64,000 bases of DNA, taken from positions 512,001 to 576,000 of the forward strand of contig OY969767.1 in the NCBI GenBank assembly GCA_963702895.1. The letters are read 5' to 3'. The position numbers and the translations under genes are program-made. Below, in pieces: positions 55,821-64,000 of the stretch (position 1 is the stretch's first letter; each line of letters begins with the position of its first letter). This stretch comes from an uncultured Elusimicrobia bacterium. GTDB lineage: Bacteria > Elusimicrobiota > Elusimicrobia > 2-01-FULL-59-12. The notes below the pieces were generated by a model. The model did no database searches, was not told the DNA's origin, and saw only the letters and a program-made list of their open reading frames with translations.

Positions 55821-57341
55821 ATGGCAATTAAGTCCGAAGAAATTACATCCGTTATTCAAAAACAACTCGAGAGCTTCGAGGGGAAGCTCGAGCTCACGGA
55901 GGTCGGCCATGTGCTGCAGGCCGGCGACGGCATCGCTCGGATCTATGGGTTGAAGAAGGCCATGGCCGGAGAACTGCTCGAGCTTCCGAACCATGTCTAT
56001 GGCATGGTGATGAATCTCGAAACGGATACGGTGGGCTGCGTTCTCTTTGGTGAGGATCACCTTATTAAGGAAGGCGATACAGTCAAGCGTACGGGCAAGG
56101 TCATGGAAGTGCCGGTGGGAGAAGCCATGATCGGCCGTGTCGTCAACCCCTTGGGCCAGCCCATCGATGGCAAGGGTTCCATCAAGACCTCCAAAACTCG
56201 TCTTGTGGAAGTGATCGCCCCTGGTATTGTGGAGCGTCAGCCGGTGAAAGAGCCGTTGCAAACGGGCCTTAAGGCGATTGACTCGATGATTCCCATTGGC
56301 CGTGGGCAGCGCGAGCTCATCATTGGCGACCGCCAGACCGGCAAGACCGCTGTGGTGGTTGACACCATCATCAACCAGAAAAGTGAAACCAGCAACAATC
56401 GACCCATTTGTATCTACGTGGCGATCGGGCAGAAACAATCCAATATCGCCCAAGTCGTGCAGAGACTCACAGATGTGGGGGCGATGGATTACACCGTTGT
56501 GGTCGCCGCGACCGCTTCAGACCCCGCGCCGCTTCAGTATCTGGCGCCCTACGCGGGATGCGCGATCGGCGAAGAGTTCATGTGGGCTGGCAAGCACGTT
56601 CTTTGTATCTATGACGACCTCTCCAAGCATGCCCAGGCCTACCGACAACTCTCACTTCTGCTTCGCCGCCCGCCCGGCCGCGAAGCCTATCCCGGCGACG
56701 TCTTCTATCTCCATTCGCGGCTCCTCGAGCGCGCCTGTAAACTCTCTGATAAGAACGGCAACGGTTCCCTCACCGCTCTGCCGATCATTGAGACCCAGGC
56801 CGGTGACGTTTCAGCCTACATTCCGACCAACGTCATCTCGATTACAGACGGCCAGATTTATCTGGAGTCCAATCTCTTCTACGCCGGCGTTCGCCCAGCC
56901 GTGAACGTCGGGTTGTCGGTTTCGCGGGTCGGCGGTTCGGCCCAGATCAAAGCGATGCGCCAGGTCGCGGGGAAGCTGCGCCTGGACCTCGCCCAATACA
57001 ATGAGCTCGCGGCTTTTGCGCAGTTCGGTTCGGACCTCGATAAGGCGTCATTGGCGCAGCTGGAACGCGGCAAGCGCATGGTCGAATTGCTCAAGCAGGA
57101 TCAATATGTGCCCATGCCCGTTGAGCAGCAGGTGGCGGTCCTTTACGCCGGGTCCAACGGCTTTGTCGATGACGTCCCGGTGGAGGCGATCCGCCGTTGG
57201 GAGGGCGAGTTCCTGGCCTTCCTCGATCGCCGCCACGCGGAGTTGCTGAAGACCGTCCGCGAAAAGAAAATCATTGATGACACGCTCAAGCCGCAGCTTG
57301 AGAGTGCGATAAAAGAATTTAAGGGAACGTTTAAAGCTTGA
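55821..57341 (+). CDS. atpA: ATP synthase F1 subunit alpha
   Basis: [31 protein letters not shown]. Confidence 0.98.
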   Translation: MAIKSEEITSVIQKQLESFEGKLELTEVGHVLQAGDGIARIYGLKKAMAGELLELPNHVYGMVMNLETDTVGCVLFGEDHLIKEGDTVKRTGKVMEVPVGEAMIGRVVNPLGQPIDGKGSIKTSKTRLVEVIAPGIVERQPVKEPLQTGLKAIDSMIPIGRGQRELIIGDRQTGKTAVVVDTIINQKSETSNNRPICIYVAIGQKQSNIAQVVQRLTDVGAMDYTVVVAATASDPAPLQYLAPYAGCAIGEEFMWAGKHVLCIYDDLSKHAQAYRQLSLLLRRPPGREAYPGDVFYLHSRLLERACKLSDKNGNGSLTALPIIETQAGDVSAYIPTNVISITDGQIYLESNLFYAGVRPAVNVGLSVSRVGGSAQIKAMRQVAGKLRLDLAQYNELAAFAQFGSDLDKASLAQLERGKRMVELLKQDQYVPMPVEQQVAVLYAGSNGFVDDVPVEAIRRWEGEFLAFLDRRHAELLKTVREKKIIDDTLKPQLESAIKEFKGTFKA

Positions 57342-57347
57342 AATGGT

Positions 57348-57378
57348 GTCACCCCGGCGGATAGTGGGCCGGGATGAC
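57348..57378. repeat. Collapsed single-hairpin family A element after atpA
   Basis: gtcaccccggcggatagtgggccgggatgac. Confidence 0.8.
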
Positions 57379-57392
57379 GCCAAAGGCAAATA

Positions 57393-57437
57393 ATGGCCTC
57401 GCTATGCGAAATCCGGCAGATCATTGGTCATGGTTGA
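57393..57437 (+). pseudogene. Degenerate atpG 5' fragment, copy 1 (MASLCEIRQIIGHG*)
   Basis: aataatggcctcgctatgcgaaatccggcaga vs true atpG aataatgccttccttgcgcgaaatccggcgga. Confidence 0.7.
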
Positions 57438-58032
57438 CAGACAGACTCATCCAAAGCTCTATGTGATCGCCGGGCCCAATGGCGCGGGCAAGACAACCTT
57501 CGCGAGGGAATATTTGCCCCGGTTTGCGAAGTGTGACGAGTTTGTAAATAGTGATTTGATTGCCGTAGGAATTGCTCCTTTTGATCCAAGGTCAGCAGCC
57601 CTTGAGGCGGGTCGGATTATGGTCAGTCGGCTGCGTCACTTGGCAGAACAGAACGAAACGTTCGCTTTTGAGACAACCCTCTCGGGGACCAGTCATGTGC
57701 GGCTGCTGAAGCAGGCCAAACGGTCGGGTTTTAGGGTTACCTTGATGTATCTGTGGCTGCCCCATGTCGGGCTGGCCCTTCGCCGCGTGTGGGAGCGCGT
57801 GCAAAGTGGGGGGCATGCTGTACCGGAAGTCGATGTGCGGCGGCGGTTTGGGAGGAGTCTTTGGAATTTGTTTCATGTCTATAAGGCCATGGCAGATGAG
57901 CTCGTTGTGTTTGATAACGCAGGGCGTGTGCCGCATCTCGTAGCACATTCCTCCAGCGGTCGGTTGAAAGTGTGGGATCTTGAGCGCTGGGGCCACATTC
58001 AAGAAGGGATGGAGCTTCACCATGAAAGATAA
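57430..58032 (+). CDS. P-loop ATPase/kinase, zeta-toxin-like (AAA_33-type)
   Basis: IAGPNGAGKTT, FVNSD.IA, FAFETTLSG, RV.SGGH.VPE...RRRF.RS, FDN. Confidence 0.88.
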   Translation: MVDRQTHPKLYVIAGPNGAGKTTFAREYLPRFAKCDEFVNSDLIAVGIAPFDPRSAALEAGRIMVSRLRHLAEQNETFAFETTLSGTSHVRLLKQAKRSGFRVTLMYLWLPHVGLALRRVWERVQSGGHAVPEVDVRRRFGRSLWNLFHVYKAMADELVVFDNAGRVPHLVAHSSSGRLKVWDLERWGHIQEGMELHHER

Positions 58033-58207
58033 GCCGAACAGGTTGGTGCAGGACGCTTTCAAAGCGCTCAAAATCGCGGTTGGACGTGCGCTGGCAGACC
58101 ACGCGCGCCTCGGCCATTCCGTTTATGTTTGGGAAGGCGGCAAGGTCGTGCGCATCTCTGCGGCGCGCCATCCGGCACGAAAAGCCCATCACCGGAAGGC
58201 GGCCTAG
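58022..58207 (+). CDS. Small partner protein of the P-loop ATPase
   Basis: 61 aa, AV.RAL.DH.RLG..VYVW.GGKVV; overlaps the upstream stop. Confidence 0.7.
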   Translation: MKDKPNRLVQDAFKALKIAVGRALADHARLGHSVYVWEGGKVVRISAARHPARKAHHRKAA

Positions 58208-58285
58208 TGGCATCCCTTTGCGCGCACCACTGGGGCATCGGCGGGTGTCCGCCGCGATGCAGTGGCGGACGAAATCAGGCGGAAC
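58207..58285 (+). pseudogene. Degenerate atpG 5' fragment, copy 2, split by a 49-bp hairpin (58222-58270)
   Basis: gtg gca tcc ctt tgc [49 bp] gaa atc agg cgg aac = (M)ASLC|EIRRN. Confidence 0.72.
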
Positions 58286-58304
58286 CTATGAGAGGTCTAG
58301 ACCA

Positions 58305-58640
58305 ATGATTCCCGCACTTAAGAGCAATGAAGAAATGGCTGTAAAAGAGTTGCGAGAGCGCTTGCGGGCTCTCTATGGGTCTCGTCTAAGGCAAACGATT
58401 CTCTATGGCAGCAAAGCCAGAGGTGATTCTGAGGAGGGCTCCGACATCGATGTGTTGGCGGTGATTGATAATCTGCCAGATCATCGAGCGGCTCGAAACC
58501 AGATTCTTCATGAGACAACGCCCATTGATCTGCGCCATGATGTGTTTTTGAGCGTTTTTGCTGTTGACTCTGATTATTTCAGGATGGCGGGAAAGGTCCC
58601 ATTTTACGCCAATGTGAAAGCGGAAGGGATTTCTTTATGA
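58305..58640 (+). CDS. Minimal nucleotidyltransferase (MNT) antitoxin-like
   Basis: LYGSKARGD...GSDIDVL. Confidence 0.88.
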   Translation: MIPALKSNEEMAVKELRERLRALYGSRLRQTILYGSKARGDSEEGSDIDVLAVIDNLPDHRAARNQILHETTPIDLRHDVFLSVFAVDSDYFRMAGKVPFYANVKAEGISL

Positions 58641-59044
58641 CACCTCCCTCCGTTCCAGAGCAAATTATGGATCTTTGGAAAAAAGCGAATGAGAGCCTGG
58701 ATGCCGCGGCTGAGTTGTTGGAGAAGGGGCATGAAGAGTTTTCTGTGTCACGATCCTATTACGCCATGTTTTATGTGACGGAAGCGGTCCTAATGACGAA
58801 AGGACTCGCTTATGCCAAGCATAGCGCTGTCATTGCAACATTTGGGAAGCATTTCATTAAGACAGGTATTTTTGGAGCGGAATTGCGCGAGATGCTGGTC
58901 AAAGCTTTTGAGGATCGGACGGAAGGGGATTATGGAATGACCAATACGTTTTCGCCCGAAGAAGCGAAAGCCATTCTTCTTCGTGCAAAGGAGTTTTGTC
59001 AAACTCTAAGCCAATATCTACGAAAGTCAGGGCATATTCACTAA
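58637..59044 (+). CDS. HEPN-domain protein
   Basis: A.E.L.AA..LL..G, SRSYYAMF, KHSAVI..F, R..GDYG; ATGA overlap with MNT. Confidence 0.88.
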   Translation: MTPPSVPEQIMDLWKKANESLDAAAELLEKGHEEFSVSRSYYAMFYVTEAVLMTKGLAYAKHSAVIATFGKHFIKTGIFGAELREMLVKAFEDRTEGDYGMTNTFSPEEAKAILLRAKEFCQTLSQYLRKSGHIH

Positions 59045-59131
59045 TGGTGTCCCTTCGCGCCCACCACTGGGGCGCCGGCGGGCGTCCTCCGCGTTGCAGT
59101 GGCGGACGAAATCAGGAGGAAGATTAATTCC
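59044..59131 (+). pseudogene. Degenerate atpG 5' fragment, copy 3, split by the same 49-bp hairpin (59059-59107)
   Basis: atg gtg tcc ctt cgc [49 bp] gaa atc agg agg aag att aat tcc = MVSLR|EIRRKINS vs AtpG MPSLREIRRKIKS. Confidence 0.8.
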
Positions 59132-59167
59132 ACTCTGAGATCCTATGAGTTTGGAGAGGAGATAACG

Positions 59168-59581
59168 ATGATTAAAAAGATGTCTCGTATCATTCAAGTC
59201 AAGGTGGCACTTCCTTTGTGCTTGTGCATATTCTTTTCTTCGGGGTGTACGCATTTTTCACCCATAGCCGTTTCGACGAGTTCGGTTAATCCTGAGCGTG
59301 AGATCGTCTTGGGCACCGCTCGAGGTAAGGCCACGAACATCTATTTCCTAGGGATGATTGATAGTAGCCGGATGGGGATGAAGGAAGCTATGGACGATGC
59401 TAAACGTCAGGTGGGGGCGGATAATCTGCTTAATGTGTATGTTGACCAGAAAACTACCTATTACCCTTTCATCCTGCTTCCGTTACTGGTCAAAAGTGAA
59501 ACATTTGTCACGGGTACAGCCATCCAATATAAGGACCGTTCATGGATAAAGCCCGAGCCAGCGGCTGGTAAAAAAGAATAA
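59168..59581 (+). CDS. Putative lipoprotein (TRL-like)
   Basis: Lipobox-like FSSGC; G.A.G.A....LG, NVYVD, VTGTAI; AGGAG RBS; TAATG overlap with atpG. Confidence 0.7.
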   Translation: MIKKMSRIIQVKVALPLCLCIFFSSGCTHFSPIAVSTSSVNPEREIVLGTARGKATNIYFLGMIDSSRMGMKEAMDDAKRQVGADNLLNVYVDQKTTYYPFILLPLLVKSETFVTGTAIQYKDRSWIKPEPAAGKKE

Positions 59582-60555
59582 TGCCTTCCTTGCGCGAAAT
59601 CCGGCGGAAGATAAAGTCCGTCAAATCAACTCAGCAGATCACCAAAGCTATGAAGATGGTGGCAGCGGCGCGGCTGCGCAAGGCGCAGGCGCGTATCCTT
59701 TCGGCGCGGCCGTTTGCCCAGAAGATGGAAGAGTTTATGACGGATCTCTTGGTCAGAATTGAGGGGGAAGAGACCCATCCGCTCTTTGTCCGGCGGCAGG
59801 GGGCGCGCCGGGTGCTCCTTCTCGTCACGGCCGACAAGGGGCTCTGTGGCGCCTTCAATACGAACCTGATTCGCGAGGCGACCAAATATTTGACCAAGTA
59901 TGGCGCGCCAAATGTGGATCTCTATGTGGTGGGGCGTAAGGGCCGGGACTTCTTCCGACGTATGGGCTGTCACATCAGCAAAGAATACCTCAACATGTTC
60001 AACGCGTTGAATTTTGCCCATGCGGAGTTGATTACACAGGATTTACTGAAAGCCTACGTGCCCTCACCCAACCTCTCCCATCCTTCGGCTGGGAGAGGGG
60101 CAGCAGCAGAGCCCCCTCGCCCGCCGCAGGTGGGAGAGAGAGAGCCCGACGCTACGCGGAGAGGCGAGGGTGAGGGCAAAAACATTGTCGCAGTCGATAT
60201 GCTTTACAACGAATTTAAGTCGGTGATTCAGCAGCGCTTGATGGTCAAAACGCTCTTGCCGTTAACGCCCATCGATGAGGTCGAGGTCCAAGAATTTCCT
60301 GATTTTATTTACGAGCCCGACAAAAAAGTCCTTTTCGAGGCCATCATCAGCCGCTATTTGAAGTCCCAGGTCTTTCGTGTGTTGCTCGAGTCGGGCGCCG
60401 CGGAACTCGGCGCGCGCATGGCGGCCATGGATAACGCTACCCGCAACGCCAAGGAACTGATGGAGTCGCTCACGCTTTCCATGAACCGGACGCGGCAGAG
60501 CTCCATCACCAAAGAGATTCTGGAAGTGGTCAGCGGCGCGGAAGCCCTCAAATGA
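59581..60555 (+). CDS. atpG: ATP synthase F1 subunit gamma with an in-frame palindromic insertion
   Basis: QQITKAMKMVAAA, DKGLCGAFN, RMAAMDNAT.NA, RQSSIT.EILEVVSGAEAL. Confidence 0.97.
   Translation: MPSLREIRRKIKSVKSTQQITKAMKMVAAARLRKAQARILSARPFAQKMEEFMTDLLVRIEGEETHPLFVRRQGARRVLLLVTADKGLCGAFNTNLIREATKYLTKYGAPNVDLYVVGRKGRDFFRRMGCHISKEYLNMFNALNFAHAELITQDLLKAYVPSPNLSHPSAGRGAAAEPPRPPQVGEREPDATRRGEGEGKNIVAVDMLYNEFKSVIQQRLMVKTLLPLTPIDEVEVQEFPDFIYEPDKKVLFEAIISRYLKSQVFRVLLESGAAELGARMAAMDNATRNAKELMESLTLSMNRTRQSSITKEILEVVSGAEALK
60061..60176. repeat. Family B palindrome in frame within atpG
   Basis: ccctcacccaacctctccc..gggagagggg ... gggagagagagagcccgacgc..ggcgagggtgaggg. Confidence 0.9.
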
Positions 60556-60560
60556 GGACC

Positions 60561-60639
60561 GTCCGAGGTCCGACGTCCGACGCCAGGATTTCCGCGACTT
60601 TTCATAAAATGCCGCGACGTCGGACGTCGCACGTCGGAC
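60561..60639. repeat. Inverted heptamer array after atpG
   Basis: gtccgag gtccgac gtccgac ... gtcggac gtcgcac gtcggac; right arm identical to the mnmA copy. Confidence 0.88.
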
Positions 60640-60649
60640 GATCAACTCA

Positions 60650-62478
<1,829 letters not shown>

Positions 62479-62494
62479 AGACTTTCCAGAGACA

Positions 62495-62590
62495 CCTTCT
62501 CCCGCTGTAAAGCGGGAGAAGGTTGGGATGAGGGCACAATACATGACGTGCCCTCACCCTAGCCCTCTCCCGCCGATCGGCGGGAGAGGG
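62495..62590. repeat. Family B doublet between atpD and atpC
   Basis: ccttctcccgctgtaaagcgggagaagg..gggatgaggg ... ccctcaccc..ccctctcccgccgatcggcgggagaggg. Confidence 0.88.
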
Positions 62591-62601
62591 AAGAGAGGGC
62601 C

Positions 62602-63021
62602 ATGCCTATTACGGTTGACATCCTCACCCCCGAACGCAAGGTTCTGCAGACCCAGGCAGACTCTGTCGTCGTTCCTGCTGTTCATGGCGAACTCGGCATC
62701 CTGGAGGATCACGCGCCGCTTGTGGTGCAGCTCTCGCCGGGTGAAATCCGGTTACGGACAGGAGAGGACGTCCAGCTCTTCGCTGTTTCGGGAGGGTTTG
62801 TCGAAGTCCAAAAAAATCGTGTGATGATCTTGGTGGAAACGGCGGAAATGGCGCAGGAGATCGATGTGGAACGCGCTCGCCAGGCCGCCGAACGGGCGAA
62901 AGCCGCGCTGAACGCGCCGCTAGGATCCCAAGATTATTCCCAGGCCGAGATTGCGCTCAAGCGCGCGCTCGTCCGTTTGCATGCGGCCGAAACCACCCGT
63001 CGACGAACCGGTAAACGCTGA
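62602..63021 (+). CDS. atpC: ATP synthase F1 subunit epsilon
   Basis: ILTPER, GELGILEDHAPL, VSGGFVEV, EIDVERA. Confidence 0.96.
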   Translation: MPITVDILTPERKVLQTQADSVVVPAVHGELGILEDHAPLVVQLSPGEIRLRTGEDVQLFAVSGGFVEVQKNRVMILVETAEMAQEIDVERARQAAERAKAALNAPLGSQDYSQAEIALKRALVRLHAAETTRRRTGKR

Positions 63022-63027
63022 TATAAT
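63019..63027 (+). promoter_or_regulatory. Extended -10 (TGnTATAAT) overlapping the atpC stop
   Basis: tgatataat 11 nt upstream of ATG 63039. Confidence 0.45.
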
Positions 63028-63038
63028 CCGAAGGTATC

Positions 63039-63533
63039 ATGATATACCTTGAACTATTCCGCGCATTGGAACGACAGAACATCCAATACGTGGTCGTTGG
63101 CGGGCTGGCGGTCATCTTCCATGGATTCGCGCGGATGTCTATGGATTTGGATCTCGCCGTTTCTCTGGAATCTCAGAACCTCAGACAGTTTGTTGATCTG
63201 GCAGAGCACCTCGGCTACCGACCTAAACTCCCCGTATCGTTCCGGGACTTACTCGACAAAAATAAGCGAAAAGAATGGGCTGAACAGAAGCATATGTTGG
63301 TTTTTTCTCTTTATCATCAAGAACGCCCTCAAGAGCTGGTCGATGTATTCATCCATGACCTGATTCCATTTCACGAGCTGTTCAAGAGGCATGTCCGCAT
63401 TCCTTTGGGCGAAGACATTGTGCGCGTGGCTTCAATTGAAGACTTAAAGACGATGAAGCGGATGGCGGGCCGACCTCAAGACCTGCAGGATATTGCGGCG
63501 CTGGAAAATCTCGAAAAGAAGAAATTGACGTGA
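63039..63533 (+). CDS. Nucleotidyltransferase-family protein (TA-like)
   Basis: YVVVGGLAV..HG..R.S.DLDL, L..MK..AGRPQD.QD. Confidence 0.82.
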   Translation: MIYLELFRALERQNIQYVVVGGLAVIFHGFARMSMDLDLAVSLESQNLRQFVDLAEHLGYRPKLPVSFRDLLDKNKRKEWAEQKHMLVFSLYHQERPQELVDVFIHDLIPFHELFKRHVRIPLGEDIVRVASIEDLKTMKRMAGRPQDLQDIAALENLEKKKLT

Positions 63534-63751
63534 AGGTATACCCGTATCCTGAGCCTATTCGTGTACTCCAGATTTATTCACCTGAGGCCCAGGCTCAGTG
63601 GGTCCATACGACGCCGCTGGAGCGCCTTAAATGGTTAGATTTTGCATTGCAGGCGGCCTGGGCCGGGGCTGCTTATCGTACGAAAGACTTCAACCTTGCG
63701 TGTCTCCCACGCGTCGGCAAAATCACCCGTCGCCAAAGAAGACGTTCATAG
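63530..63751 (+). CDS. Small hypothetical protein, probable partner of the nucleotidyltransferase
   Basis: GTGA overlap; TP.ERL.WL motif. Confidence 0.55.
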   Translation: MKVYPYPEPIRVLQIYSPEAQAQWVHTTPLERLKWLDFALQAAWAGAAYRTKDFNLACLPRVGKITRRQRRRS

Positions 63752-63821
63752 CCCACTCCCTCATAAGCGGTAGCGAGGTAACAACGAAAGATGTTGCAGG
63801 TTGGCAACAGGATTGAGCAGG

Positions 63822-64000
63822 CTAATCCAGCACCACCTCATCTCCAAAGTTCGGGCTTTCGACTTGTGTCATCCCCATCGTTTTAAGCTTTTCCGATAAG
63901 ACGTTCCTGTCGGTGGCGTCGCCGTGCACAAGGAAGATTTTACGCGGGCGGGGCTTGAGCCCCTCGATGAACCACAGGAGATCCCCCTGGTCGGCATGCG
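63822..64000 (-). CDS. MBL-fold beta-CASP metallo-hydrolase, C-terminal part (5' beyond window)
   Basis: Manual translation: HADQGDLLWFIEGLKPRPRKIFLVHGD...EVVLD*; HAD and LVHG motifs. Confidence 0.82.
   Translation of the reverse strand, partial: HADQGDLLWFIEGLKPRPRKIFLVHGDATDRNVLSEKLKTMGMTQVESPNFGDEVVLD

Noticed and set aside
57393..59580. Classical integron
   Set aside because: No IntI tyrosine recombinase in the window and no RYYYAAC/GTTRRRY attC cores at the junctions; reported instead as a distinct cassette pattern.
60061..60176. Intein or self-splicing intron in atpG or mnmA
   Set aside because: The inserts are too short, lack Cys/Ser...His-Asn intein ends and group I/II cores, and match intergenic repeat families.

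Overview
A GC-rich (roughly 55-60%) bacterial chromosomal segment of mostly housekeeping genes. It holds two efflux operons (TolC-MacA-MacB; TolC-AcrB), an acyl-CoA desaturase, two minor-pilin-like clusters, a short glucan phosphorylase, folE-citrate synthase-sucCD-marC, tRNA-Met(CAT), hpnCDE squalene synthesis, iscS-mnmA, tyrS, TPM/LemA, tag, a bacterial histone, a multidomain GH5 and a complete F1Fo ATP synthase operon. The gene mix suggests an Elusimicrobiota-like lineage (inference only). The most striking layer is non-coding and cryptic. (1) Three gene cassettes are stacked between atpA and atpG, each starting with a degenerate copy of the atpG 5' end. (2) Two small GIY-YIG nuclease genes are each bracketed by the two arms of a REP-like palindrome, which also occurs as nine empty or partial copies across the window. 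This looks like an autonomous/non-autonomous mobile system with no transposase. (3) Several other palindrome and inverted 7/8-mer families are nested in one another and inserted in frame into MnmA (three times), AtpG and other proteins.
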